A model generated the notes under the pieces. That model did not search any database. It saw nothing but the letters and a program-made list of their open reading frames with translations, and had not been told where the DNA came from. The translations under genes were made by a program, and so were the position numbers. Shown one piece after another: positions 12,951 to 26,599 of a DNA stretch of 64,000 nucleotides (positions within the stretch are counted from its first letter, which is position 1; each line of letters begins with the position of its first letter). Location of the stretch: assembly GCA_011109175.1 (NCBI GenBank), contig RDEW01000037.1:9650-73649 (forward strand). Direction: 5' to 3'. This DNA is from Dicyema japonicum (taxonomy: Eukaryota; Animalia; Dicyemida).

Positions 12951-13900
12951 GATAACCAACTATCCAATAAAATAAAAAATTTATATTATTTTAAAACCTA
13001 AAGAAAATAAGAAATTACCAATCCATGGCTATTAAAACCTTACAAAATCTTTTCAGACTTTGGAAAAATCACCTTAAGAATCCTTATTAAAAAACTGTCA
13101 CGCGGCGAGCAATGAGTAAAGATGAGTACCCTATTGTGAGGATTACCTAATGGGCTTTCTCTTAATAAATAGTGAAGGTCCTTAAATAATAACAAATCTA
13201 CAATTTTATATAAACTTTTTATTTAAGATTAAAAGATCGCCAAGAAAAATGTTGGAAACAATTAAGAATAATTCAGGGATTCTTCTTGCGTGGTCTTTCA
13301 GTGTGCAAACTACTTTTGTATTTTTTAGTTAAACATAAATTTATTAATATGACGAATTTATTGTAAAAATATTATTTTAAGGATATGTGTGGTTATACTG
13401 ACCTTGGATTGCTCATATTAATCAATCTTCATTTTATGTGGTTAAAAATAATATTAAAATAAAATCTTACTTTAGTCAGGACATATTCTCTTGTCTTATT
13501 AACATGCCAACAATTTACGTATTATGTAAATATTATTTTTTTTGTAGGTCATTAAAATCTGCTAATTAAAGACATTTATCAAATGATTAAGGGTTGTCAT
13601 TCAAAAAGAATATGACAGGCTGTGAACTGATAGGATTAAGATAATAAAAATGTAATACGATTAATATTTGAAAATTGTAAGACAGTATGCTAATAGAGAT
13701 TAAAATAATAAAATAATAAAATAAAATAATATTTTAATTGTCAATCCAATTGTTACTGATATTGCAATAACTGTGCTAATTGCCTTATTTGAAATTTGAT
13801 TCTGGTTGTGTCAGCGCTTTTATTTCATTTGTTATTAAAATCAGTTATTTTAATAACAACAAAGCATTAATAAATTATTATTACTTATTCCTAGTCACTT

Positions 13901-15234
13901 ATGGGAGTTTTCCTATCAAAACCAAAAACGGATAAAACCTCCAGTTCTGGACATGGGAACGACTTGTCGTACGCTTTGAGCCACATGCAAGGGTGGAGAC
14001 AAGAAATGGAGGATGCTCATTCAGTCCATGTGTCACTTCCTGATCCTTTCAGTGAATGGTCATTCTTTGCAGTGTTTGATGGACATGCCGGATCTGTAGC
14101 TGCCAATTTATGTGCTGAGAAACTATTAGACACTCTACTTGGGGAGTCATCATTTCATTAAAGCAGCAGAGAATTACATAATTTGCATGAAAAATGAAAA
14201 GAACTATGAGACAGTCATAGATGAACTCAAGTATAGCATTGCCAGTGCTTATATTCGATTTGATGATGAAATGCGTGTTCAATTCTTTGATTCGTCAAAG
14301 ACTGACCCTGAGAAGAGTGGGACTACGGCTGTGGCTGTACTAATAACACCAAAACACTATGTTTTTATTAATGTGGGGGATTCTCGATGTGTCCTTTATG
14401 GTGATGAAATACGATTTTACTCAGTTGACCACAAACCAAGCAATGTTACAGAAAAATTGAGAATAGAGAATGCTGGTGGTACTGTTTCTCTACAGAGAGT
14501 TAATGGACAGTTGGCTGTTTCCAGGGCAATGGGAGATTTTGATTATAAGAATTCCCATGGATTACCGACTAGAGAACAGCAGGTGTCCCCAGAACCTGAT
14601 GTAACATTTGTTGAACGACAATGGTCTGACAAGTTCCTAGTAATCGCCTGTGATGGAATATTTGATGTAATCTCTAATGAGGATTTGTGTTCTTATACTA
14701 CTTATTTACTACAATGTACTCAATCACATGAGGATATTTGTAATGAAATAATAAACACGTGTTTTCACAAGGTAGTATATTATATTATTGTAGGGGAGTA
14801 GAGATAATATGAGTGTTATTCTGGTAACATTCCCTGCTTGCCCATCCATTGACAAAAATATACTTTCTCTTAATTCTACTTTGAATGAAAAGATTGAACA
14901 TTTAGTTAATGGTTGTTTTGCTGTATTATTTAGATATTGTCGAACAGGAGGGACCCAAGGTATATCTTGATAAAGTTTTTAAACGAGTAAGTGATCATGT
15001 GTTTGATTTCCTACCAGAGGGTGCAGGCATCCACAGCAAGTATTGTTAGTAACAATAATAGATTTGCCTTGGTTGAGAGAATATACGGGGAGAAAGTACC
15101 TGAACAGCCAGAGTCTAATTCTGAGACCAATCAAAGTAGTAGATATATATAATACAGGTCGTCGGTCATTTCAGGATATTATTAGTGGATTATTAATAAA
15201 TCAGAATCTTGAGGATACTGATGAATCTAAGTGA
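13901..15234 (+). CDS. Protein phosphatase 2C, PPM1A/PPM1B-type (about 414 aa); four 22-nt introns; one apparent +1 indel near 14152
   Basis: MG.FLSKP N-terminus, MQGWR.EMED, FAVFDGHAG, SGTTA, NVGDSR, DHKP, GQLAVSRAMGD, ACDGIFDV, GSRDNMSV after splicing; GT-AG introns 14772-14793, 14912-14933, 15040-15061, 15136-15157 restore the frame. Confidence 0.92.
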
Positions 15235-15336
15235 TAGATTATTTGCCACTTTTATTACGTTTTGATTGTTTACTATTCTGGCTTTATTATATTAGCATTA
15301 TTAGGCCCACAACAACAAATTATTAAAACCAAAAAC

Positions 15337-16343
15337 TCAATTCTTAACAAGAGTCAATATTCTATTGCATGAATCAATTTCATCCTAAAATAATGGTAAC
15401 CTCCAACCTCATAATGGTTACTATTCAAAAATCTACACAAAACACTCTCAACAGTCCTTCTTATTCTCTCACGTAGAGAAGACTCCATTACACTCTCGAC
15501 ATATCTTTCCAGAGGAAAAACTAAATTTCCAGAAACAGGTAACATTCCATTCTCAATTATATCCAAAACAACTGATATAAGAGTCTTATTTGACTCAAAA
15601 ATAGATTCTAACTCATCAAAAATAATTCAAACTCAATACATCGGCATTCTCATAGGATATTCCAGTAAGGAAGAAGGCAGCTTTCGCTACCAACTTGGGA
15701 GATACCTTAGAATTCAATGATCTAATGATGACCTCAACTCCCCAATGCTCATAAAATGATCCATAGAATCTTTATTGTTCCTGGCATAACCTATAATGAT
15801 CATAAATTAAAACAAGAGAGAGCATATAATGTTTTAACTTTTGAGTCAATGTCCACATCTGACTTGTTGACATTAACTAGTTCCAATGGAATTGAAGTCT
15901 CCTTTAGAGCATTTTGTACAAATGGGTTATTTTGCGCCAAAGAACCGATAAATTCACAAATAATAGTGTATGCCTCTGGCAATTGAAAATTACTGAAAAA
16001 TTTGGAAATGGCTTCGAGTCCTCCCAATTGAACGAAATCTTATATTTAGGTGATATTCCTACTAATAGAATAGTCAATTTTCTCGATTATGTCTTTAATA
16101 GCTTCAATTGCTGTTCGGAGAGCTGTAATGTCACTCACTCCATTGTTAAAGTCGTTAATTTTTTCAATTGACGACTTGATCATTCCATGAATATCGACTC
16201 TGTTGGCCTTAATTGCTTCTGTGAGAAAATTAGCTTTCTAAATTATTAAAATTAATTATTTCCTCTTCACTCATAGGCTCGACTGGTGTGGTTGATTTTC
16301 CTGAAGTTTTCAAGCAAAATTTAAGGAGATCGTTCATATTCAT
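15337..16343 (-). CDS. HspBP1/Fes1-like Hsp70 nucleotide exchange factor; five short introns; at least one apparent indel near 15741
   Basis: LLKFC..PMSEE N-terminus, ID...FVQLGG, LAQNNPFVQ, KVKTLYALS; introns 16238-16262 (GA-AG as read), 16039-16062, 15791-15813, about 15609-15633 (ambiguous), 15385-15407. Confidence 0.85.
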
Positions 16344-16449
16344 AATTTCATCAGATTCCGACATGACAACACGTGAATAATTTAAATATAAATAATTTAA
16401 TTAAATAACCAAAATAAAATTTTTATTAAATACCAATTTGACTAAGTTT

Positions 16450-17155
16450 GATGACCATTGCTTCTACTATTATTTTACTTACGGAGTCATGGAAAAAGAA
16501 TACAAATTAACCTGGACATCTTAATGGCTGGATAATAGAAAACTGGCTCGTGGTGAATGCAGAGAAGTCGTCTACGTCACTATTTACCAGTGGCAAAAGA
16601 TTGGGAAGGAATACAGTCTCCTTGAAGTCAAACAAGGTTGGCATCTCTTTCTACAGACGTCAAAGGATCTTGGGTGTGACAATTGATGTGTATTCTGTTT
16701 GACACCACACGTAGAAAACATTCTATTGAAATGCGAGAAGAAACTGAACGTATTGAAAAGTTCATCGGGAATATGGAAGAGTGGTACTACCAAGTCTTGA
16801 TGAACGTGTACAAATAGTACATCGAGCCATGTTTCTCATATGCATGCGCCTCGTGGGGACTGTCCATATCTTGGACAAATATGAGGAATATTGAGGAAAT
16901 GTAAAAGAGGGCTTACAGAGTAACGGAGCGTTGGATTTGTGAAGATCAGCGAACCGGACCTACCCCTCTGGAGGCCCTTATGAGACTAGACTCCAGATCA
17001 CGGAAGGTGCCCCTGAAAATTCAGGTAGCCGTTATGTACATTCATGCGGGGGCACTAAGGAACAACACTGGGCTAAGATGAGGTCTCTGTTAGAATGCAT
17101 CGGGATCACGTGATAATTAGTTTGGCTATACCGTGGTCTTGGGCTGTTAAATAAA
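16450..17155 (+). mobile_element. 5'-truncated Jockey/I-like LINE with stem-loop tail
   Basis: WLVVNAEKSSTSLF and YIEPCFSYACASWG remnants; tail cgggatcacgtgataattag...ccgtggtcttgggctgttaaataaa at 17101-17157. Confidence 0.75.
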
Positions 17156-17378
17156 AAATGGAAAGGGTTGAGGCCTTATTATACTAATATGAACCATATA
17201 CTAGCCAGCAATATTTTGGATTACATCCCAAAGACGACAGACTGGATCAACTAACTTTAAGAATCTGTCTACCCTCTCTAGATTGACAGCTGTCAATATG
17301 TACATACTCCCTCCACTATCATGCATAATGCTTGGACTCCACACCTGGCTGCTCCTGAATCAGAAAGTCATTCTCCTA

Positions 17379-19560
17379 TATTATTAAGGCATTTTCACGA
17401 AAGCCATAATGCATGTGCAACACCCAAAACAATATTTAGCGTTAATCTTTCCCATTTTTCCCTGTCGAATGCAAGCGATTATAATTCGTCTAGGTTGTCA
17501 GCCCGTTTTGAGTTTTTAATTCACCTGGTTTAGATTTTTGTTCTAGACAATCGGCAGTGTAACTGTCAAAGTAATTTTCTATCGCTTTGTTAGTGGGTGC
17601 GTCCGGGTTCAGTCTTAACACATGTCCAAATAGCCTCCACCTGGCATCTATCACATCCTTGCTGATGTACAAACACATAGACTTGTTGTAAATACCACTG
17701 GTTGATATTCTACGTGGCCAATCCATTCCAAGTAAGCTTTTTAGTTGCCCTCTGTGGAACGAATTTAGTTTCGTTAGTTCTTTGAAGGAACTTCCCCCCA
17801 AAAAAGCGTTGTAAAGCCTATATCTGATGTCAATTCCAAGTCCTTTGGCTCTTAGCCATCCATTCCTCAGTTTATCCATTGCTGCATTTGCCAGTGTTTT
17901 CCTTCTTAGTACATCTTCAGTGTTTCCTAGTAGAGTTGAGCTTATTAGTGCATCTCCATCTTTCATGATTAATATCGTCTCCTCTTTTGATTTCAGTAAT
18001 TTCGGTTTTGTTTACATTTACGCTGAGAAACCATTTCTCAAGCTCTGCAGGTGCATTTTCGAGTAGGTGTTGAAGTGCGGGCGTGTCCCGTGATACAAAG
18101 TCCACATAATCCGCATAAGTTGCTATGGCTGGCAGCACCTTGCGTATCGAGTTCAGAAGTAGGGAAAAGATTTTCTAATAATCCTTTTACTTTATTCTGT
18201 TTTTGTATGAGTATTAATAATCCATTTCCGAGTCCTAGATTGGTGTTAGTTTCAAAAATGTCATTTAGGACTTTTGCAATTGTTTCACTAAGTTTTTTTG
18301 GCCCATATTTTAAAAGCTCAGTGATTATGTTGTCTGGCTCAGCACTCTTGTTATTCTTCAGTTTTTTTAGAGCTGATTCAACTTCTTCCACTGTGATAGC
18401 ATTCATTAATGCCTTCGGTTCTCCCTGGAAAGGGGAAATTCCTTATTGTCTGTATTCAGCAACATTTTAAAGTGACATGGAATTAATTCGGCTTTTTTTC
18501 TGGGTTACCCACGAATTTTCCTTATTTGTCTTTGATTTGGAAAACGTTTTGTCCTTTCTTTGTCTGCAGCAGCCGTAAAGCCGCAAACATTTTTGAATTG
18601 TCTTTTATTCATTCCACATCTTTTAATAAGAATGTAATGATTTCCCGTAAATGTTGTTTGTTTATCTTCTTTATTTTCCATTTTAGTTTCTTTTGTTGGA
18701 ATTTTTTTTCTTTTTTATACTCTCGTCTGACGTGTTTGCCGCGTTAAGCCTTAGCTCTCTACAATGCTCTGCCATATCTGGCACGTTCGGGTGGTGATCC
18801 AATTTTAGGACGTGATGGTTTCGAACTCCAAGGCATATATCAGCAGACTTAGAGATTATCTGCTTTGTTTGATCCCAAAGAGTTCGTACTGATGATTCCG
18901 TTACGGTTTTCTCTATGAAAATCTCGATCTTTGTCAGTGCCATGTCGTCTTGTGGCGAGCTGAGTGCTTAAGGCGTGTTGCACAGGAATAGGCTATTTGC
19001 CTCGCAGAAGTTCACCAGAGAGGCTTCCGATGCCTATCTCCTTCTGCGCCCGTGTCTTTCAATTAAGGATTCTTCGAGTCCCATTTGCATTCCGGTCTTT
19101 TCATTCATATCTCCCGCAACGAAGACGCATTATTAGAATATTTTTTTGATAGTTCTAAGTAGGATTCCTCAAGCTCACCAGGGTCCTTGATTACTCGCTT
19201 GCAGTGTGGTGCATAGACATTTATCATAGTTAATAGATTTTTGGATGGGCATAAATCATTTAGTTTGACTTGTAGGAAATATATTCGGTCGTTAACTCTC
19301 CAATAGCGATGTAGTTTTTTGAGGTAATCCACGTGAAGGCAAATCCTATCTCGCTTACATTCACTCGGGAAGATAATTAGTCGGTAGTTGTTCTATGTTT
19401 AATCGTGTCCATTTTCAATTTTCGTCACTTGTAATATTTTGTATTTCTCGAGATCGTCATAAAGTACTTTCCTTGCCCAGTCTTTTGATATTCCACTACG
19501 TTAAATGTCATGAGCCTCAGAAGTTCTCGATTGTATCGTAATGAGTGTTTTTTACATATG
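17379..19560 (-). mobile_element. RTE-like LINE, near full length but frameshifted
   Basis: APE (LTFNVVEY, INVYAPH), LKNNKSAEPDNI, YAD, RLYNAFL, WRLFGHVLR; tail tatggctttcgtgaaaatgccttaataata. Confidence 0.85.
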
Positions 19561-20093
19561 TTTAACAGAGCCACGTCACCAGGTAATTGAGCCTCTGTCC
19601 TTAAAATTACATAAATTGTGTCAGTAATTATGCGCCATTAAATACTCACCATCAGTGTTCCGCTACTAATAAGAATGACATGCCCATTAGGTGATCCACT
19701 GTCAATAAAAATGATCCACTTTTCAATAAGGAAATACACGACCATTAGGTGGTACACAAGTCAAATGGAAGACACGGGCATTAGGTTATCTGGGTTTCTC
19801 CCAATAGTGTTTGCCTTGTTTATTTTTCAAAATCATTCTTAAAAGTTAATAGGTCACGTATAAAAAGCAGTCCGACTATTATTAAGAGATACTAAAGTGA
19901 CTAGAGGAGTTCTGGAATACGTCAATTGTAATTACTACCGTAATTAGGAGTCATAATTGTGAACAAAATTAAAAAAAATCAATGAACTTGAATTGCAAAT
20001 GGTATTTGTGACGAAAAACGATCGGGAATATACATTTCTTAGAACTGATTAGAATTTGCTTAAATAATTTTTTATCGTCACTCATAATTATAC

Positions 20094-21701
20094 ATGGAAA
20101 TAGAAGCGTTAAGATCAGATGTATCTTTGAAATATTATGGTGCAATATTCATTGCCGTACTTGGTTGCTCATTAATATATGGACATGGAAATGGGGTATT
20201 GGAAGGCATAGAAGAAGTAGTTTATGACTTATCCATAGCAAGCTAAAGAATTAATGTCAACTATCTTAAGTTCTAGATATGGTCATATTGTTACCAGAAT
20301 AGAATTAGATAACATTTTTTCTCTTATTTGGACTGGAATTGCCAGCATATATTTAATTGGAGCAATTATTGGGACTTTCATGGCACCATTTATCGCTGAT
20401 AGAGTTGGAAGGAAAATGGCACTTATTTATAATAGCGCTTTGTCATCATTGGGTCACTTTTTGGGGGATTAAGTAAACCATTAAATTTTCGAGTTTTTGT
20501 TTCCTTCTCGCTTTTTTTCGGGTTTGAGTGTGGGTAAGGAAGTATTGCTTAGTTTGTAGGAATTCTGGTGCCCATTGTAAAATGTACATGATCGAAATAA
20601 CGCCAATGGGATTCCATGAGGGAGTAATTGCAATCCATCATTTCGCCATTACATTGGGGATATTATTAGCTCAAATATTGAATATTTTTCCAATTTTTAG
20701 TATTTTTCATTTACATTTAAGGAAATGAACCTTATTGGAGTATTTCATTAACAATCCGGGAATGATTTCAGTGTATTCATATCATTTTTTATCTTCTGTC
20801 CCGACAGTCCTCGATATATTTTGTTCATAAAAAATGATGAAACCGAAGCTATGAATGGTAATGAAATTTTCACTTTAGCAATGAATCAGTTGAGGAAATC
20901 TGAAGAAATTAGTAAGCAAGAGATTTCAGAAATGAAAGAAGAAATAAAAAACACATCAACAACTGAAATTTCGTGGAAAGAACTGTTCACTCGTAAATCA
21001 CTTAGCAAACCTCTCACAATTGTCTCCGTTTCTCAAATTTTGGTCCAATTCACGGGAATTAATGCTGTAAATACTACAATTAATTAAGATTTTATCATTT
21101 ACCGGAACCATTTATGACCAAGCTGGGGTTAAAAAATGGGCAATACCTTATGTAGTAATCGGCACTGGGGCGATAAATTGTATTGCCACAATTTTCGCCG
21201 TAATTAATAATGTTACATTAAGATTCCATTAATTAAAAATGTGGGAGAAGGTTTCTACTATTATGGCCAACCCTAATAATTATCACAAGTTTAATTACGG
21301 AAGTTATATCTCTGGTGTATAATATAACAAGCTTGTCCATTATATCAATATACATCTTCATTATAGCATTTGCTGTTTCATATGGAATTGTCCCTCAGGC
21401 TATTATGGTTGAGTACTTTACGCAAGATTCCAGGGGTAAGGTTGCCTCTGGTGGGGTTCTCGTTGGAAATTTTGCAAACTTTGTTGTTTTTTGGATATTC
21501 AGACCAGCCCTTAGCAATGTATATGCTCTATAATTTCTGCAGGCTTCCGTTAAGAATTATATTTTGCTCGTTTTCGTCGCAGTATGCACTGGGGGATTCA
21601 TATTTCTCTTCATCTTTATGCCAGAAACTAAAGATAAGACTTATAATGAAATTTCTACTTCTTTGAGTAATTGGAATACAGTCTTTCAACACAAAAGCTA
21701 A
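20094..21701 (+). CDS. SLC2/GLUT-family MFS sugar transporter (about 480 aa); seven short introns; several apparent 1-bp indels
   Basis: ADRVGRK motif A, MYMIEITP, CPDSPRY, QFTGINA, VGRR, EYFTQDSRG, PETKDK; introns 20217-20238, 20534-20559 (or -20552), 20700-20721, 20858-20878, 21067-21088, 21200-21222, 21519-21542. Confidence 0.9.
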
Positions 21702-21961
21702 CGTCTAACAATTAACGATAATTACTAATAAAATATATACTCCTCATAGAACATATGAACTACCACGCATCCGACAGATGATCATTCAGTTTTCTTTCAA
21801 TTTTTAGTGCATTAACACTGTTCAAAACCGTAGTTTCAGATGTCAATGAATCCGTAACCTATTCCATATTCACTAGAAGACATGGCTCTTATCAATCATG
21901 AAGCAAAGTTGAATTGAGAATTAGTTAAGGTCAATTTCTGGAATGTTTAAGGTGAATTAGA

Positions 21962-22030
21962 CCAGTGGTTCCCAAAGTGTGCCTTGAGGCGCCCTAGGGT
22001 GCCTCATTTTGGATCCGGGGTGCCTCAAAA
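21962..22030 (+). mobile_element. Possible orphan left end of a hAT (Charlie/Buster-like) element
   Basis: cagtggttcccaaagtg terminus followed by three gtgcct subterminal motifs; no right end found in the window. Confidence 0.4.
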
Positions 22031-22156
22031 AAATTATGATATTTAAAAAAATTTAATTTAAATTAATATATTGTTATAATATGTCACAGTCTGATAAATC
22101 GTCACTTACAAAATACAACTAAATTGTCTAAATTTAAAAATCTACACATTAATAAA

Positions 22157-22420
22157 TGTGACCGGTTGACAACGATTTCAGGTTGAGAACGATCCGTCAA
22201 AATCGATATTGCCGTTAATACACCGTTGCGACGTAAAACCGCAAAAATATATTAGTTATTAAGTAAGAAATTAAAATTTCTCAATTATTTACAGCATTCA
22301 TTGTCATCGGGTGAGAACGACTCCAGGTTGAGTACGATCCGTAAAATCGATATTGCCGTTAAAATCGTTTAACCGTATGACCGATAGTAACGATTACCGG
22401 TTGAGACGGTTAAATACGAC
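22157..22420 (+). repeat. TGT-initiated terminal region with an internal direct repeat of about 47 bp; inverted homologue at 33335-33395
   Basis: tgtgaccggtt...caggttgagaacgatccgtcaaaatcgatattgccgttaa, repeated as caggttgagtacgatccgtaaaatcgatattgccgttaa. Confidence 0.6.
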
Positions 22421-22507
22421 CCATTAAGTATCGGAACTTAACAAACCATTATATTACTGCCACTCGACAGTAAAACAAGCGAGGCGATTAGTCTGATCCA
22501 ATCTTAA

Positions 22508-22862
22508 TAATAATAATAATAATAAGCCTTTTCACGAGAGCCATAGTATTTTATAGCTCCGCATAGGCAGGACACACACTTTATTTAAGTAAAGAACAGT
22601 TAATTTTAACTAATCGTAGAACCAAGGAATGATCTTCACTTCTTTTTTTTTCTTTTCTTGTGTGAGTGTCCTTTCTAGACAAATCCAGTTCCGCAGTGAG
22701 TATTCACTGATGACGGCGTCACTCGTCAAACCATTTCTGCATCGTAGATGCGTGGAACCTTCCACCAGGTGAACAGCAGCGAGATTCGAAGATTCGAACC
22801 CGTAGATTCGAACCCGTAGCCTAAGCCACTTAAGCCCGACACCTAACCACTACGCCACCCGG
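22508..22862 (-). mobile_element. tRNA-headed SINE (family A) with RTE-like 3' tail
   Basis: A box tggcgtagtggttag, B box gggttcgaatc (locally duplicated), (TTA)n tail, 10-bp TSD ccaatcttaa (22498-22507, 22863-22872). Confidence 0.9.
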
Positions 22863-22939
22863 CCAATCTTAAATAATGAAAAAAGTAAAATGAATATATC
22901 ACTTAGAGTTACTTTAAAAAGACAAATAATAAGTGATAA

Positions 22940-25900
22940 ATTATTTTTTATTTTTTAAGACAATAACGAGTAAATCAACTAATTAAGCGTATTTTAATCC
23001 AGATTGTTGGTAATCCCTCTTCTTCTCTTAGAATAAGAATGTGCCATAACCTCTCTGTTACTCCGCATCTCCACATCAGATTCAGTCAAAATATCTCCGT
23101 TAGAGTCCAGTGGGCTGTCCTCACGGCATGCCAGTTCCACAAGTTGGGAGGTAGCAGAGGCGTACTCTTCATCGTATACCTTCATCCCATGCTTATGTTC
23201 AATGAGCATACTTTCGAGCGTTCTCTTCAGCACAACCGATTGGATGTAAGTCCTCGTTGATTCTTCAATAGATAATTTATCCATATGATTCTTGAAGCAT
23301 CTTGAGACAACTCCATCCCATGTCAAAACCACTGGAATAATCTTCACTTGGCATTCATAGAGCAGCGAAAGTTCATTTGCTAGCAAGTCATATTTGTGAA
23401 GTTTCTCAACTTCAACTTGCTTTAGTCGGTCTTGTGAGGTAATCCCCACTTCAATTAAGGTTATTTCCTTCTTTGTTTTGTCATACACAAAAATATCAGG
23501 TTTATTGTATTGGACTTTTGTTTCTGTCATAATCGACGTGTCAACTCTAATTTCGACATTTTGATTCGTCAATATTGACTGAACCGAATGTCCTTTCAAT
23601 TTCCTGCTTCTTTTGATTCCATAAATTCGACAAAGATAAAGATAGATGCACTTTACCACTTCATTATGTCTTCGGAGATAATCACTTTTTAGCATTTTTT
23701 CACACTGAGTGGCCAAATGATCAACAGTTTTCTTGCTTTTTTTACAATGGTTGCATAATGACCCCGTGTGTGCAAAAAACAAATTTCTATCTTGCAGAAG
23801 ACAAGTACAATGCTTCGCTCCATGGGCCGTTATTTTTCTTGGATAACCATTCTGAGTAAGTAGATAGGTCGACATTTGCTTCATCCATACATTTGAACAT
23901 AATAGAGTGTAATGTTTTGCAATAAATTTTATTTAATAAATATTTTCTGAGTGTCCTTGAGGGTCTTAATATCCATGCTTTTCCTGTCGGCAATAACATA
24001 TTTAAAGGTAAAAAATCCTGCGATTGTAGCCAAGTGCCATTTTTTTGTTTTTATTACTCGCAGAATCCCCGACCTTCGCAAACACACAGTCGACTGTTTT
24101 TCCAAACTTTTAAGAAACTGGAAAAGTATTAATTCGCTCTTTAATGAAATCGAGGAAAGTCCTCTTCCAAAAGTCTTCCTGTCCAAATACAGCCTCTCTT
24201 TTTTGCAGGTTTGAGGTGCAACTTGAGTGACGTAAGCAGTTGCCGTATTTGTTGGTCAATATTATCGAATTCGTAAGGTTCAATATTAATTAATCCTATA
24301 TAATAGTTAGGGACATTGCGTATTCATTTATTGCGCGAAATAAGTTCACAGAATTTAACTTTGTTTTTGAAAGCATGGTTATTCTCTTCTTAACATTTTC
24401 AAGTATGGACTCCATAACTTTGCTTTTAAGAACATTACTTCACTCATCTTCAAAAACACCCAAATATCGATATCCACTGACTCCTTCCAGAGTCTCACAA
24501 CATGATAACGATTAAACATTAGAAAGTGACTTTTCCGAATTCATCTCCAAGCCGGCAACATAAAAGAAATCGCGAACAACTTTATCATTCTAATAACAGT
24601 ATTTTCTTTTAGCCCAAATATATTTAGGTCATCAATGAATAAGTCAGTGTATTAGGATCCTCCTGATTAATTTGGAGTCTTGGGAACATAAAGTTAAGGG
24701 TCCTGCTCAAGGGTTCCATTACCATAACAAATAGTTGAGGGGATAATGAATCTCCTTGCAGAATTCCACGTCCCAGTTTTACAGAACCAATTCTTCTTCC
24801 ATCTAAGTGGAGATTTACAGTCCACTTCTTGACTATGGTCTTTACAAAGTTACAATCCAACGGGGTATTCTTGAACAATCCAAAACATGAAATAAAAATT
24901 CATGGTTAACAGAATCAAAGGTCTTTTTCACATCCACCCAAGCAGAATAAAGGGCGTTTCCATACTCATTATTTAAGCATTGATTAATAAGGGCCTGTTC
25001 CTTAGCGCCCTGACAATGTTTCCTCGTTCCCAGCTGATTGTCAGATAATAGACCAAACGAATCCACAAAATCTGAGAGTTTGGAATTAACACATTTGGTA
25101 ATAAGTTTATATAAAGTTGGCATACACGTTATAGGACGTAAGTCTTTAGGAGTCTCACAATCATCCTTTTTAGGAATTAAATAGGTTATTCCAGTATAAA
25201 ACCAACTTTCAGGCATATATTCCCCATTAATAATTCGGTTAATCTCAGTACATAAAAAGCCATGTAAAGATTCCATTTTCTTAATAAAGAAGTTATATGA
25301 GCCATCGCATCCACACGCCTTCCAATCGGGAAGCCATTTAATAACATCCAGGATAAACTCATTCGTGAACTCTGGCAACATGCCTTTGATACCAGTATTT
25401 ACTTTACCAACACTCTCATATGACACGTACATCTCTTTTCTCTTAGACCACACTCATTCTCTGAACGACATACAGTCCTCATCATCGAAACCATATAACG
25501 TTACTTCAGTGCTTGCTGATAGGTTCCGATAAAATCTTCTTCGATGTAATTCAAAACAACAGTTGTCCTTGCCAAAGTCCTTCCTCGAATGATGTACAGC
25601 TATTTACTTTCTTAATTCTGACAAGGTCACATAGTAGAGCCTCAATCCTGGCAACCTCCCCTTTTTTGGCCCTTTTGTATCCATAGGCACAAAGAACATC
25701 CATAACCTTTTGTTTTTCATACACAGGGAGAGCTTGTCTGGAAAAGCGATTGACAAGTTCTAGTTCTGCCATCAGCTTTGAGATTTTCTTTTCAGTGTTC
25801 TCCAACCACGTACTTTGCGGTTTAACCTTCGCAGTTAAAGTCATATAAGCACACTGTGCAGCATATAGAATATCAGTAATTTGATATCTTGAGGCGGATT

Positions 25901-26560
25901 ATCTTTCGTAAATAATATATTGCAGAATTTAGTCCCGACAAAACATTAACTCTGACATACTTTCTCTGAATTTTGGGTGTTGGTTTTCGAGTATCCCTCG
26001 GAATTGACTTAATTTTCTCAATTTGTACTTTTAGTTCCTCAAGGCAATTTCTGAAGGTGGAAATTTCCACATTAGTATTATTTTGCACTTTGAAACATTC
26101 GCCTCCTTTTACATTGTTATTCCGATTTTCAGGTTTCACATCTTTTTTAGCTGACATAGACTGGAACTCTTGGAGTACTTTTCATTGAACTTTTTAAGTA
26201 CGAGGTTCCAACCACCTCTAGGTATCCTTCCAAATCTTTGTTTCGTAGCAAGAAAAATCTGAGATACCCACTCAGCTTCAGAGACACAGTGGACCTCTTC
26301 AATAATGGCAGATAGTGAATGCAAGTTGGTTTGGCACCAATATTCCCAACGATGTTGATATTAGTTCTTGTGACATTATCCAGCCCCACAGACGACGGTC
26401 CTGCTTCTACTATACTATCTTCTTTATTTGATTTTGCAGGATGGCCCATAGGATCCGATTTCTCGGTATGATTAGAAACGGACAAGTAAACACCACAACA
26501 ACTAAATAATCCTATAAGTGATATAAACAAAATATAATTTTTTATTATTTTTTTAATTAA
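22940..26560 (-). mobile_element. Near full-length R4/Dong-like single-ORF retrotransposon (RT, CCHC, REL endonuclease), frameshifted
   Basis: DLRPITCMPTLYK, GILQGDSLSPQLF, C..C...H..T.C, HNEV, KPDIFVYDK..IEVG...K..KY; ORFs from 26324 down to 22994. Confidence 0.9.
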
Positions 26561-26599
26561 CAAATATTATTTTAATATCTTAAAAGGTTAATTATAATT

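Noticed and set aside
14146-14171. Intron explaining the PP2C frame change
   Set aside because: Available GT-AG pairs give 18, 21, 24 or 26 nt; none gives the needed 3n+1 shift, and a 1-bp deletion yields ESSFIKAAE
20440-20480. Stop-codon reassignment or a non-standard genetic code
   Set aside because: In-frame stops in host genes all fall in introns or follow indels; TAA and TGA terminate genes normally
22700-22740. Hammerhead ribozyme in SINE-A (ctgatga...aaac; also at about 61255)
   Set aside because: The required GAAA is replaced by CAAA, no stems I/III or NUH site could be built, and it lies antisense to the SINE
22780-22862. Functional tRNA genes at the SINE-A heads
   Set aside because: A and B boxes are present but there is no acceptor stem or proper anticodon arm; the sequence continues into a SINE body with tail and TSD
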